Positions 9,256 to 23,900 of a stretch of 64,000 nucleotides of DNA are shown in pieces. The first letter of the stretch is position 1. Each line of letters opens with the position of its first letter. A program made the position numbers and the translations under genes. The notes below the pieces were generated by a model, which worked only from the letters and a program-made list of their open reading frames with translations, did not search any database and was not told the origin of the DNA. Origin of the DNA: Lophium mytilinum (taxonomy: Eukaryota); assembly GCA_010093605.1 (NCBI GenBank), contig MU004184.1:1436801-1500800 (forward strand), in the 5' to 3' direction.

Positions 9256-11903
9256 TCACAGGCCCCCACCAACTCTAGTGGCCAGATAGACCTCCAGGGC
9301 CCCCTTTTCCTCTCCCGCCGCTCCGTCTGCGTCCTCGCCCTCAGCGTCGCTCTTCAGCTGGCACGGGCACTTGTTCAGCCGCCCACCGCTCTTCAGCACA
9401 GCCATGAGTGCGGCTTCGAGGAGGCGGTTCTCGCGCTGTAGCGTCTCCATTTGCGCTTCGTGTAGCTGATCCTTTGTCTGCGGTCCGAGTGCGATGCTGC
9501 CGTGGGAGGCGTGCGAGGGGGTATGGCGGTGGTTGTGGAGGTGTCTGTTGGTCGGAATCGCTGTGGCAACATCTGCAGAGACCGAAGACATGCTCGCGGG
9601 CGCAGAGAAGTGGCGCGGTCCTGACCTCTCCTTGGCGACAGGAGCCACGGGTATGCTTTCCAAGCTCGATTCTACAGGGTCACGAGTTGCAATAGTGCTG
9701 GACGGTGACGTTTGGTGATCGCGCAGGATAAGCCGTGCTGGCTTTTTGGTGGGCTTGGACTTCGTTACTGGAATCTGCTCGGCGACGAGCATAATAGGGG
9801 TGAGGGTGAGGCTTATACGACTTGAAGTAGGCGTGTAACCGGTGGTAAAACCCGGCGTGGGCGCTGTAGAGACAGTGTCGATTGAAATATGACGCGAATG
9901 GCTGTCGTCCAGGGCTCTGCTGTCGAGTGATGACCGCACTGTTGAAAGCTCCGATTCAGGTCGCTCCGGATCCTCGGTGATCTTGCTCGGAGAAGGCTCC
10001 GAATGCTGCTCATGCACTGGAGACAGCTGTTGAGTGCTCTCTGAATTCATAGATTGAGGCGACGCTGGCGATTCGACGCTTCTTCCAATGACTTCGTCGA
10101 TGTTGCTCTTGACACGTTGCATGTCACGCAACTTGCGAGCCCTGATCCGTTCCTCTCGGCTCTTTCGTGTAGAGTCCTTCGCTCCAAGGCCAAACTCGCT
10201 AGGGTCACGTTGGCTTAACGGTCCGATGCCTGAGTCTTCTCGAACTCGGATGGCGCCATTGAAATCGTCCTTTGGTGGAGGTTCTGACCGCTCGTCGGTG
10301 TCTTTGACCGAATGTGTACGCATGCTTTGACCAGCAAGACGCTCCCTGCTTCGCTCAGACGATGCCCGAGTCTCTTCTGATGGGGGCTGAGGGAACTCAG
10401 GTAGATCGACACTGTCGCTATCACTGTCAGAGCTCTGAGAGTTATTCGTAGCCTCGTGCATGGCCGCGTCAGGTTGGCTGGTCGATGCTGGATTGTTGAA
10501 GAGGGCAGCTTTTAGGTCCTGGGGTAACGACTGTGACTTGCTGGTCTCGGACGTTTCGAGGTCAGTAGAAGCCTGGTCAATTTTTGAGCGATTTTGGCTC
10601 ATTGGCGGGTCGTGCGTAGCGTCCTCGTGAAACACAGGGGCTAATTCGGTCTCCTGGTGACGGTTCTCCAAGTGGTCGTGCTGCTGGATCAACCTCACTG
10701 CCTTACTCATATCGTGACCACACCGGACGTCGTTCTCGCCCTGCTTCTGCAGGTTGAAAGATAACCAAGACTCGAGCACATCGGTGTCGGGGGTGTCGGT
10801 TCTATCCGAGAAAGCGACCGAATGCTTCTTCCGGCTATCGTTGCTAGAAATCATGTCAGCTATATATCAACGGCGGATAGTAAAGATTAAGACTTACTTC
10901 ACTGGGACATGGAGATGTGAGGTCATTGACTTGTCATCGGTCACTATCTGCAGATACTTTTTGCCTGATTTATGTAAGCAAGAGGTAAATGACTAGGTAT
11001 ATCGCCTCATACCGTCACTTGAGACTTTCTGCACGACTCCCTCAGGTGGCACGAAGGACTTGGGGAAGAGGATATCTCTTTCGTCAGGCCTATGGCAGAG
11101 TTAGTCACGTGAACGCTCATATCCAGCCGAATCACTCACCCATCTGCCGGTCCGATCTTTGAGGCTAAGCTCCTCCTCGTCACTCGCAAGAACCTCAAAG
11201 GGCTCTTGTGCTTGCTCTTCCTCCGCGCCAGCGTGTCGTCTTTAGCCGGCGAGGCAGACGCCCCACTTGAATAATTAGGTGGTTTCGTATTCTTTAGAAA
11301 GAAGGCGAGATCGTAAGTGTTACTGGGCATGGGCAACGAAGCCTGGCGCTGTAGATGGGGCGATAATATTGGCGGGGCCTTCATGTTCAGAAAGTTCATC
11401 GAATGAGAAGTATGCAGACGATCGGTGGCTGAGCTGTGGCCGCGCTCGGAGCTAGTAGAGAGGTCGTTGTCGTAAGGCGAGTACTCCCCTGCGACAGCGC
11501 ACTCGAAATCGGCAGAGTCGGTCGAATTCCAGAAGCGTGGATGCGGAGAAGAGACCGAGGTCGAGTGGCCGGTATTTGTGGTACTCAAGCTCTGGTCGTG
11601 GGATCGAGACAGAAAGTAATCTGATGCGTCCTCGTTGCCTTCTAGGGGGCTTGAGGGGCGGTCGTAGTCCTCGTTGTCGAGGTCAGGGGGTGTGGTGTAG
11701 CTATATCCGTTGGCGGAGGTTGATCTGAATTGAGAGGGAGTGTCGAAGTCTTCGAAAGGGTCATAGTCAAGGGAAGAAGGTTGAGGCAAAGAACGCGCCT
11801 CGTCGGGAAGATCGGGCAGGCTTTTGGTATCCATCTCAGAAGCGCGGGGGGTATGGTTCAAGAATAGCGGGTGGCGGGGCGTGTAGCGAACGGGACGTTG
11901 CAT
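9256..11903 (-). CDS. Hypothetical low-complexity (S/D/P-rich) protein with C-terminal coiled coil; 4 exons
   Basis: ORFs 11136-11903 and 9256-10854 join through two small exons using canonical introns (GTGAGT at 11139, GTATGA near 11012, GTAAGT near 10897), reading ...GPADGPDERDILFPK...QKVSSDGKKYLQIV...; C-terminal LQRENRLLEAALMAVL. Start could be 11903 or 11834. Confidence 0.7.
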
Positions 11904-13591
11904 GGGCTCCTATTTTTGACGCCCGCGCAGAAACGGTCTGGTACCAAACTATTGTTCTCGTGGTGCAGCTGGAGGATCGGGACGGGGGCGAGAACCGCGG
12001 TTTGAACGTGCTAACTCGGAGCCAGCGTACAGGCTCCTGCCCTGAATATATGAGTGCCGGATCGATTGTGTTGCCTCGTTGTCGTCGAGACGGAGACAGA
12101 AGCGGCGCGCGCTGCTTCAGCTCAATGGTCCACAGCTTGCGGCTGGGTAGCGTGAGGGCTCGAGAATCCGTGGAGGAGCGGCGTGAGACAGGACCGAGTT
12201 GTATGCGGTGGAGGTCAAATGCGGCCCATATCAGACCAAGACCCGGCAAACTGGTCGCATCGTCTTGTGATCAGGCGCGCGATGGAACGACAGAGGCACC
12301 CAGGGGCGGCGCGGTGCGACGTGGGCGTGAAGGAGGTAGTGGCCGCGGTTGAGGTTGAGGATGGTGGTACAGCGGACGGCTATTGGCTGGTGGGGACCTG
12401 AGTGCTCGTCTAGCGTGCTAGGTCTGTACGGTATGGCTTATGCGGTGCACAGGGATGCACGTCGTGGACTCGAAACGCAGTGCTGATGGGGTACAATAGA
12501 GAGGGAAGCTGTAAGTACTGGGTGAGAAAGAGAGTGACAGTGAGAGTGTGGAGGATTGGGGAGAGAGGCCAGTGGGAGGAGAGACGAGGTGTCGATCAGA
12601 GGTGAGGTGCTCGCGTGGAGCAAAACTCACCGCACGGGCGTGGCTGTCAGGGCTGTCACAACGGCGTGAATCGGCCGCCATCGCAGGCCTCGCCCATCAC
12701 TTTGCTTTTTGCGTTTCGTCGTCCGCCACGGCGTAGACGCACGGCCGGTGTGCCTGTCTTCCCCCCAGCTCCTTGCGGCCCAGACGCCGTGCTACCGGGA
12801 GCAGTGGAACCGGCAGCCAGCCACGGCGCGCCCTGTGAGAACGCCTCCGGCCCCAATTCACTACCGCCAGGCCGTTAAACGGTCGAGCGTGAGGAGCGGC
12901 TGCGTGGGGATTCCTCTGAAGGCGTTCAGACGTTTCGATAACGTGCCTGGGTGCGCGATGGCGACGCCGATAGCATCACCATCCCCACCGACGCGACTCT
13001 GTTTTACGATGATCATCACCACCTGCACCTGCATCACAGCACCAGTCACCACTAGGGCGCCACATGATGGGGCCCTTGAGAGGGAAGCCCAGGGAAAGAC
13101 AGTCTCACCTCCTCTCCACCGAGCACGCTACCTGCTTCTGCCACTCATTTTGCTGCTCAGCTAGAAACGCACAGAAAAGCCACCACGCACCACGCACTAC
13201 GCAGCCAGCCGCCGCCACACCCTCCAATCTTAAAATATGCCAGAAGACGCTCTATAGCCCAAGAAACTAATGCCTGGGACTCCCAAGAATGAAGCCCCAA
13301 TCCCAAACCCCGTGAAATGCTGCTTCAATCGCACGACCAACTCCACGCTCACTTCTGTGGCTACGCTAGGTGTGAGTCGTGCCCATGTTTTGATAGACAG
13401 CACCGAAATTCAGATGTGCACACCCGTGCCCGGGCCCCATGCCTATGACCCGCCCGCTGACTCGCACACTTCCATTGCCGAGCTTGACATCACACATGAC
13501 AGCACCAAGGGCCCTCTGCAGCCGTGAAGGAGGTCCATAAATGCTGTCCACGAGCGCTGCTGTGCTGCAGTTTCCAGAAGCTTTTCCGCCC

Positions 13592-16500
13592 TCAACCCGG
13601 CTTCGGCTTCTTCGTGCGGTCGATCTTGATGAAGGGATCGACCTCCCTTTTACGCTTCGGGGGGATCAGTCGCTGTCGAGGAGGTGGAGCTGGGTTCGGC
13701 TGCCCGCCTGTCGCTTGCTGTCGTCCACTGTCGTCCCCGGCCTTAGTCAGGGCACTCCGCGGCGCAGGGACAGCAGGGCCAGCCTCCTTCTTCGGGCCGT
13801 TGCGGGCGCCACCCGGATGCGGCGCTGGCGTGGACCGTCTACTTCCTTTGCTCGACGCGTTGCCGTCCGCTGACGAGATGTCCTTCATGTATACATCTTC
13901 GTCGTCGCTAAAGTCCAGCTTCATTGCCACGTCCTTTTTAACCGCCGACGCTTTCAACCCAAGACCGGTATCTGACGACGGCCGCCGAGAGACGCTGTGC
14001 TCCTGCCCGTACGAGGGATACCCGGCCGCTCGCGTCTCCTGCTTCACCTGTCCCGCGTAACTGGCATTGCGAGAGGGGCCGGTGGGTGCGTTCAATGGCG
14101 CACTTGGCTGCCCATATGCGCCTGCGTTCGTCCCGCTATTTTTGGCTGGGAACGACGAAGAGGGCTTTTGCAGCATCGCCGTGAGGTTACCTTGAGTGTA
14201 TCTATCCCTGGCCCGCGCATCATTCAACAGCTTGTTCCAGAACTCGCCACGGCTCAGATTCTGTGCATTGCCAAGCACCCAGAGTGACGACTTCGCACGG
14301 GTCAGGCCGACGTTCATACGTCGGATGTCTTGCAAGAATCCTACGCTGCCTTTGGGTGAGGCTCTGACGCAGGAGAAGATGATAATCTCGCTCTCTCGAC
14401 CTTGGTACGCGTCCGTAGTATTGAACTCAATCGTATCAAAAATGCCTTCTCCATATTTCCGACCAAAGCGATTCTTGAGTTCGCGCAACTGGCTCTTGTA
14501 TGGCGTGATGATACCGATTTTGCCCGCGAAATCGTAGTCTTTGAAGTCTTTGGTTAGTCGATCGAATAGCTGCATAGCTACCTCAATCTCTGCAATGTTG
14601 AAGATAGAATGGCCTGACGATGCAGATTGATGCTGGCCTTGGACGTCGAAGAATCGATAGGGCGCGAGCAAGCTGCTGCTGTGCCACGGGCGCTGTCGGA
14701 GGCCAGCCATGTCGTCGCCGTCTAGCAGTCTCCCATCGTAGAAGGTCTGGCTCGGAAACAAGCTGATCTCAGGATGCATACGATATTGAGTGTCGAGTAG
14801 ATGAACATCGTCCTGATGGTTGCCTTGCATACGGACGAACAAGCTCTGCTCATACTGATAACGCTTGGCTTCGGCAGAGAAGACGGTGGGAGGGAGCTGC
14901 TTTGGATCTCCGACCAGAATACACTTCGCACAGCCGTATTTGAGGGGGATGAGCGCACTCATCTCGACACACTGAGCTGCTTCATCAACAACAACAGTTT
15001 CGAACTCGATGTTGAGATTTTGGAACATGTCATGACCACTACCGCTAAGTGTGGCGCAAATGATGTGAGCGTCGTCCAGAATCTGTTGCTGGGCGCGACG
15101 TCGATTGAGTTCCTTTTCACGGGACTCAAGCTTCTCTTTGTCCTTTGTGTTGTCGATCTGCGTGCCGAGCTGTGTTTTGCGCCGCCGGAGGGCATTGAAG
15201 TCGTCCTTAAGCTTGACAGCATCATCTCCCTTGGCCAAACCGGCATCCAGTTGTTCACGAACTTGGCGTAACTGTTCCGAAATGGCTTGGTGTTCCTGGA
15301 AAAGCTTTTGCGTCTTCTCCCGGTCATTTGTTCCGTTGGATGAATTCAGATTGAGCTTCTTGTTCACGAGTGCCTCAAGCGTCACGTCGACAACATTGGT
15401 ATTGATGGCATCGCTACGACCCAACCTCACGATGTTGACCTTGCGTGTCTGGCCACCAAGAGTTTTGATGCCATCCTTGAAACGCATTACCAACTCGTCA
15501 ACGGCCGCATTACTAGGGGCGCAGACCATCAATTTCTTGGATGTTGTCTCTGGCGCCCTCTGACCATAGGCGCCGCTGACTTTCGGAAGAGGAATGGTAG
15601 TGCCTTGCTGTCGAAGACTTTCGGTCAGAATTGCTCCGACGATGGCAACAATTGTCTTGGTTTTCCCGGAGCCTGGAGGACCTTGAATCAGAGTGAAGGC
15701 ATCGTTGTCGATAGCAGACTTGATAGCCTTTGCCTGCGCCTTGTTGACATTGTAATTCGTGATGAGTGGCTCTAGTGTTTTGTCGCTGTACTTGAGTAGT
15801 GGCGAAGGCTTCGCTTTGATGATCTCGTCGCAAAGGTCGTAGTATTCCAGGCCCAGCAGGGCGCCATACTCACGTTCGAGAGGAGTAATCGATTGCAACT
15901 TAGCTCCAAATACCGTGCCTTTCGGTACTAAAGCATTTTGTAGCGAGTTTCCTGGCATGACGCGATACATAACCTCTAGATGGTCTTTCTTCCTTGTAAT
16001 CCGGAAGACCCTGGCGAGACAATGAGGGTCCTTGGCAGATTCGGCCATGTCTTGACTTCCCGTAGACACTCTCGATCTGTGCAATAGGACAATGTCACCC
16101 TCGCCAAGATTGAGATCTTTGTTGTCCATATGGGTCATCGTGCTGCTGACCTCCTGGAACATGTCGACGCTAGAACGTGCCACGACTTTGATTTCATACA
16201 TCTTGATATTGTTCTCCTCGCGTGTCTTGACAAACCCTTGCCATGCTTCCAGGGTGAGAAGAGGCTCGAATGTTCGTTGATAATCTACGGGAGTGCGGAA
16301 TGAGTTCGGTACTTCAGAGTACATGTCTGGCCTAGATTTGGGCGGGTAATGTCCCTCGTGATAGTAGTCCCAAGCTAGTATGACCTTGTGCAAAGGCGAT
16401 AGATCTGGGGCAAGCCGGGCTCGCATATCCTTGATTGATCGAACAACCCTCCTCTTCTTCACTGGCCCTTGCGGCATAGGAGCAGTCGTAATATTGGTCT

Positions 16501-19500
16501 TGGTAACAGTCCCTGAAGCTTTCTTCTTCTTATCAGCGAGCCCAAAAAGCTCAGCATCCAGAGAATCGTCACTATCACTCTCATCTGAAGATACCATCAT
16601 ACCCTCTCCCTTAGCAGCATGGTCTTTGCCTAACACGCCAATGCCGTCTAGCCCGGACCCCGCTTCGGCCGTGTGGTCTGAAAAACCTCTGATGTTCTTC
16701 TTAGCCTGTGCTACAGCAAGCGCATCCCTCTTCTTCTTTGCCTCTTTTTCGGCTTCTCGCTTTCGCTTAAACTCAGATTGCTCTGCAGCTTTGTCCGCCG
16801 CTTTCTTCTCAGCGGCCTTCAGAGTGGCAGCAGTTTTTGAAGCTTGCCGGGCTTTGAATGCTTCGGCACCGCGAGTGCTATTAGCGATCAGTCTGTCATG
16901 CTCCTCGGTGATAGACCGCGGCCTGGACTCCGGTTTGGTGAGACCAGTGGTAAGCCAGCTGCTTAGTTGCGCTTGTTTTTGGACGGCTATGGTCTCTTCA
17001 ATCTTTTTAGTTGAACGCCCTGTGTACGTTTCAAAAGCTTGCTCCAGCTCCGCCTTGCTGATATCGCTTAATTTCGCTCTGGTAGACCCGTCGAGCACGC
17101 TCTCCACGTAGAGCACAGCTGGATCATCTACCTCGATAGAGACTTTCTTCAATCGAGTGAGTAGTTTGCTGATGAGAGATACCGAAATTGTGCTGAGCCA
17201 GTCATCACGTAGCCGCAGCCACTTGGCAATTGATTTGACTGATTTAGCGGGATGCTCCAGCAGTTCCTTTTCTGGGTTAAATCGGTCGGTGTCGTCTTTG
17301 GAAGAAGACTTGGCGGATCTAAGTGCAGAAGCGAATATACTACATTGACCGAACAACTGGTCGGCGAATTGCATCGTGTCCCGGCAGAATTCCTTCATTT
17401 CCTCCTTGTTGTATCCCATATTACTCCAATCTTCCGTGGTCCTGAAGATGATTGCCACGGCCGACCACATATTCTCCCAGAGCGTCGTGGTTATTCTAGC
17501 TTCCGGCTCCGATAGTCTGCGGCTGCGGAGAATGCCATCTTGATCGTTGCAGAGAACCTCGATGATGTCTCGGCATGCCTTCAACATGCTAGACGCTGGA
17601 GCAAATACCCTTTTTCGAAAGATACGGCGAAGAGATGTGGCAAAGGTGGTAATGGAATTAGTGTAGAAGGCTAGAAGCAAATGTTTGATGGCGTCTCTCC
17701 TTTCATCCATGGAGCTTACGATTTTGAGAAGCTCCAGGGTTGCTTCACGTGTGTCAGGTTGCGAAGAGAAAATTGTAGGAATCACGGCCGACGCAGAAAC
17801 TGGATTCTCGAAGAGGCCGTCCAACTTCTCAGGGTCAAATTCGCTGAGTCGCTCGACAGCTGCAGTAATGGTTTCTGAGGCATCATCGAAGCGATTGTTG
17901 AAATGTCGTAAGGGCGAAGGAAGCATTTGGGCCCCTCCTTCTTTTTGCCTCCTGAAGAATTTCTCCAGTCCGACCAGTGATTTTCCACCGATTAACAGCC
18001 GGACGGCCAAGTCCATGTTCTCGACGTCGATGGCTTTGATGATGGACTTCCATATCGGCGTTGCTTTGCTTGGTCCGGTAGGTGCCGGTTGTTTATTTAT
18101 GATGGCTTCTCTTTCATTCTCCAGAGAGATACATTCTAAATTGAACGCATGTTGGATCACCGAGAGGCCCAAATTGACTTCGCTTAATGGTGCCTTAATG
18201 CCGTCCACCTGCTTGATGCCTAACACTATCTTGTCGATGTGGGTCGCTAACATCTCAAAGATGTCAGCGACAGTTGCTTGACCGACGAAAGGCACATTGG
18301 GATTGCAAAGTTTCCTCAAGGTGTAGTCAAGAACCTCGAGTCCGAGTTTGAAGCAGGATGCCCGGCATGCCCAAGAGAATTTGTCCCCCTGAAGACGACC
18401 GAAGAATTGGTGGGCTAAGGCCCGGCAGACTGGTGCAATATTCGAAGGCTTGATGGAATCGAGGAGTGGCATTACCCACGAGAAGGATTCTTCGAGCTCT
18501 TCAAGGCCACTCATGTCATCACCCGTGAATCCCATCAATATTCTGCGTAGTGATGGACTCCCGAATATCTGCTCCACAACCACGACTTCCGAGATGGCAC
18601 CCATTGCGTCCCAAAAGTCTGCAGGAGACTTCTGTAGCAAGAGCTCAATTGTGTGCTGCAGATCGTTGAAGTGCGAAGAGTCCAGGGATAGATGGTCCAA
18701 ACAGAGTGTGTAGAATTTATACTCAAGAGCACGTAGTCCATGCGTGATGAGATCTTTATCCAGTCTCGCTATGATGAATCTCGCGCCGGTCCAAAATGCT
18801 GGGACAAGATCCATTTCCAGTGCAGTCATCTGCACGCGTCCCATTGCGTCTTGCAGATACCTACTGACCGCCCAGTCAAACTCAGTCCTCGTGAGCACTC
18901 TCTTCAGCTTCGTCCAAGAAAACAAGGCCCAGTCTTGGCGAACAGTGTTTGAGGTGAACAGGAACTTTGTCATAGCCGGAACATATGTGTTGAGTCTGAC
19001 GCGTCTCTTCATTTGTACCAGCTCGAAGGGTTCGTCGAAATGTCTCTTTAGGAGTCCGTCATTTTCCAGCATAGCAGCGCAGCTCAAAGTCTCGAAGAAG
19101 GCATATATGCCTTTGTTAGTCAAGACATCGATGCCGCGTTTATCTGGTTCCACATGTAACAGACTGGATTTCGCGGCCTCGAGGCCTTGCACTATTCGCC
19201 GAATGCTGATCTCATCGAGCTTCTCTAGGAAGGTCTCAACATCGTCATCTTCGAACCGTTCTGCAAGCCTGAACTTGAGCTCGCCCCGTGATTTGTGGAA
19301 AACGCGGACGCAAACATCACAGTTGGTCAACTGATTGCTCAATCGCTTCTTTATCTCTTCGTGGTATGGCTCAGCATCTGGGCCATTGAAGGCCAATATT
19401 TGAAGTGCATCCAGGACAAGCCACTTCCGCTCTTCGGCTTTCTTGATTTTCGCAATTCGGCGCGCCTTCTCCGCTTCATCGACCTTCTGTTTGCTCCCAA

Positions 19501-19669
19501 TAATGTCCTCCTCGTAGTATACGCCTGCTTCGTCTCGGGCGGTTCGGGGACAAAATAGGTGCAGGTCTGCAGGAAACCGTTTGATCTGCCTGTTGTCAAT
19601 CAGAATGAGACTACAGTAACACTGGTCCTAAATCGTGACTTACTCTATCTTTTGGATGATTTCCGCCAT
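13592..19669 (-). CDS. SEN1: Sen1/senataxin SF1 RNA/DNA helicase; 2 exons
   Basis: Walker A LIQGPPGSGKT, CAPSNAAVDE, VVVDEAAQ, LVGDPKQLPPT, QYRMH, RRMNVGLTRAK; long N-terminal SEN1_N-like region. Exon 1 19669-19644 (MAEIIQKIE) plus intron 19643-19590 continue in frame through HLFCPR into the 1934-aa ORF. Confidence 0.96.
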
Positions 19670-20978
19670 ACTTGAAGATCCCGTCGGCCAGAGTAGACCT
19701 TAGGAGCTCAGGCAAGCGTTGCTGTTTCACAGTGGACTACCGGAGTTTGAGGATGGACGCAGCGCTCATTTTAGGACCGAGTAGATGAGACGAGGAAGGT
19801 GAGTATCTAGCTTCGTCGATGGTAGCCAGGAATCAGACAGTCACCAACTGCGGGTCTGTGGTAGGGCAAAGTAAGTATGGGTGGTTGCGAGAGCGGAGGT
19901 GAGGTAATGGTAGGATAGCGAAAGTAAGGAGCGTGAAGCTCTTAGGGTCAGGTAAAGGATTAAAGGACGCCGGTTTCACTTCTAGGCAGTGCAGGCGTGT
20001 TCCTGAAGTTTGCAGGTGAGAAGCGGCGGAGAAGTTGGTTTAGGTAGTAGGGTCCTCAAAGGCACAGGACCGCAGGAGGTACGCGACTAAATCTCTTGGC
20101 GCGTACCGTGGTCCACCCATGCTATTTATTCACAGTACGTGGGACTAAACAATCAATTATGCCATCACTTTCCATTGCATCTAGCGCCGATGGTCAGCAT
20201 CATTCTTGAATCTTTGAAGGGCAATGCCTCTTCTAGAAGGCACATTACAGTCACATACTCATTAGGAAGGTTTGTCGTCTAGCATCACCAGTTAAGGCAC
20301 GAAACAGATATATCTCAACCATAATATTCAATCACTCTTGCACATATCCGACATCTACCCAAGGGTACGCAAACATGCACCTACACGCGCTACATGTACA
20401 CCCCTTCCGCCTATCGACGGTAACACCACACGAGCAGCAAAAGGGAAGAGAAGGACCTCTGATCCAGCCTCCACAGCTCCAACCGCAAAGTGCAAAAGCC
20501 CAGCACATCACAATCAACCGTAGAAAGAAGCGTATAATTGAACAAGCGCGACTTAGACTTTGTTCTTTGCTAGAACACTCTGAGAGACAGGACATGGGGC
20601 GCCCACCACATCTCCGAGAGCGGAGTATGTATTTGCAGCGCAAGGAAAGTAGCAAAAGGTAACAATGAAACCCTAGAAAAGAAAGCAGTAATGCGCATGC
20701 CCTAACCACGGACTCCAAATGGAGCTAAAAACAGATAAACCAAGGGTCCAATGGACAAACGCCGAGTGCCATGTAATAACATACAGAGAGCTGGAGGACA
20801 GCAAAAGGGAAAGATTTTGTGCAATAGCCAACACCAGCAACAAACGTCAGCAGCCGTGATAGCCCGGGATAGGGAGTTTATTATGTACAGCCGTCGTGAA
20901 GGGGAATTTCGATAACCTCGAAGATTCGGAGTCGTAAAGTAGATAGATGGATAGTTAGGTGGTTAGGATGAGCGATGC

Positions 20979-23900
20979 TTATTTCAGGTTCTCGGGTTCC
21001 TCGTCCTTTGAGACAGTCGGTCTTCTTGAGCTCAGTGCATGCCGTAATCGACTAAGTTGTCCAGTACGCTGGCCCGTCTGACTCTGACTAGATTCGATAC
21101 GAGTTAGCAATGCAGCAGAAGTAAACTCATTACTTTGCTCAAAGCTAGGTCTGACCCTGTCCATGGATACGCGTGCCCGGTCGAAGGACGGCCGTGGGCG
21201 ATCCAATGATATCCTGTTGGGGATGGTATCCAAAGAGCGCCTATAAGTGTAGTCGGTGCTGTTGCTCCCATTCTGACTCCTCGGATTGTGTGTCGTAGAG
21301 GTCGGAGCTACGGACGGAGGGTATATGGGTCGCATATCATCCTCCACAACAGGCACGTCGGGAGTCTTCTTGTTCAGCTTGGAAACATCTGACGATGACA
21401 TAGAAGCGACTTTTTCCGGAGGTGGCGGTATGAAGTCATCGTTCTCTTTGAGGTAATCGAATTTTCCTTGGCGAACCTGCTCGCGAATGATGTCCACGTC
21501 ATAGGGAAAGAAGATCTTTTGAGTAGCCTTGACCACAAAGCGGGGCAGGAGACAAATGACCACCGCCAGAAGGAGGACAGCCCAGAAAGAAAGCGATCCA
21601 TAGACTTGGGGCGCGGCTTTGTAGAATGCAGCACTTCCAGTGCCGGACGTCCACACTCCAGTCCAGAACCATACTAGAAGACAACTGATTGCGACAATGA
21701 GAAGCATTAGCCAGTCCCACCGGTAGGTGTTGAAAAGGATGTAAAAGTTGGCGGAAATGACGGCAATCGTGGCGACGTAGATACCCATTCGCTTTGTGTC
21801 ATCAATTCCCAGTCCGTTTGATGAGTTGAAAGTCGCAGGGGAGAAGAGCAGATACACCATGAAGAAGGTGACGATTGACTGGTAAACTCCGTCCGCCATA
21901 TACATCCTGGGTTCATGTTAGCATTAGCATACCTACGTGATCGGGAACAAGACAATCATACCAGAATTTAGGTTGCGTCCACTCCTTTCGCTCAATACCT
22001 CTGCGGTACAGCTGTGGGACGGCAAGCGAGACTTTGTCGTCGACATCCTGGTCCAATACGCCCATCAAGATGACGGGAAGGGAAGTGAAAGCAAGATTGA
22101 AGAGGATGATGTATGTGTAGTCGAAAATGTACGAGCAATCGTAGTTCTCGTAAATTTGATACCAGAACAGCGAAAATGTCCATACCAAGTTCTACGAAGT
22201 GTAAGCAATCCATATGTAAGAGCATCTGCTGAAAGATTCTTACCTTGTAGAAGAAATTGGCAATAGTCTCTGCCAGTCTGCGATAAGACCAACGCCCATG
22301 CACAAGACAAAGCCGCGTGAGGAAGCGGAATTGTCCAATGGCATAATCGGAAGACATCACAGCTTGTCTTCCCTCTTCACCAGCAATACCAACACCAACA
22401 TGCGCTTCCTGGATCATGGCAACGTCGTTCGCGCCGTCCCCGATTGCAAGTGTAAGACAGTCCAGTCCAGATTTGACCATATGAACAACGGCGGCTTTTT
22501 GGCTGGGACTGACTCTGCAACAAAGCACTGAGCGACACTGTTTGCAGAGCAGCAGAAACTTCTGCTTGATAGAATCGTTCAACACGAGTTTTAATGAATC
22601 ACCGTCAATGATGATGGCATGAGTCGGCGCCGGAGGTTCGTGATTATCTTGTGCAGCCTTGAGTTCTTCATCCGATCCTGTCATGTTGAAGGTCGCAAGA
22701 TGTTTGTCTAGCTCGGCTTCCGCAGTCGCCAGACTCTCGTCTTCGATTTTGAAAACAATCAGGTCCATATCGTTGTCGAGGAGATTGCAAGAAAAGCCAA
22801 TATTGATCGCGGTCTCAACCTTGTCACCGGTGAGGACCCAGAGCTTAATTCCTGCTCTACCGAGCAAGGATATAGCATCGGGAACGCCATCCTGCAACCT
22901 ATCCTCAATGGCTGTACCGCCAAGAAGCAACAGTTCTCGTTCGATCGAGTCGGCGACCTCTTCGAGCTTCTCTTCGCGGTTAGTAACAGCCCCAGCAGCT
23001 ATGTCATGCCTTTGGTTCCATTCCTGGTATTCTTCCTCGTCGAGTTCTCGCTCAGCAATGCAAAGCGTTCGTAGACCTTCACGGGCAAACATCTCGAGAT
23101 GCTCAGCAGTGCTTCGCCTGAGTTCTGGCTGCACGCCTTTCTTCAATCTCGAATATATTATGCTGTCCGCTCCTTTGCAGAACAACATAAGCTTGCCGTT
23201 GGGCATCCTGATGATAGCACTCATACGTTTCCGCGTCGAGTTGAATTCCAGAGTGTTCAAAACCGTATAAGACGTTTCCTTGCCCATTACATTGAGATTG
23301 ATGGAATCACCACTTCGGCCGAGGACTGTGAAACCCACATCACGAGCTGTAGCTACCAGCGCAGCCTCGTCGGGGGATTGAGCTTTGAATTCGATCCTTG
23401 GAGGGTCGCCAGGGGTTCTTTCGGTGATTACCGTATGACACAGAGCCAAAACCAACATGAATCTCTCGTTCGCTTGTCGTTGCTCTTCGCCCGACTCTCC
23501 AGCCAGGTCAGCAATGTAATCGGGAGCAACAAAGGTAAGGTCCTCGTCTCGCAGATAAGGATTGTTGTGCATTTTGCGAATTGACTCAATCATTCGAACG
23601 CGGTCGCGAGCAATTTGTTCGTGAGCACGAGCGCCTTCTTCTTCGACGTTAATTCCTTGTCGTCGTTGCATACCAGCTTGGGCTTCCGTGTAGGCTTCTC
23701 CGTATGGAACGCCGTTTACCGAGGCTTTCTTGAACTCCATGACGTTTTGCGTCAAAGTACCAGTCTTGTCCGAGAAAATGTACTCAATCTGGCCAACATC
23801 ATCGGAAATGTTCCAGGACTTCGGAGTGCATGGGTAATCAATTTTTTCGTAGTACATGTGGACGTCGCTGTAGATAAAGACAGCTTGTAACGTACGGATG

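Noticed and set aside
11960..13560. Numerous overlapping short ORFs in GC-rich intergenic DNA (also 32.3-33.8 kb and 62-64 kb)
   Set aside because: No recognisable motifs, coding-like composition or consistent splice structure; most likely promoter/UTR sequence.
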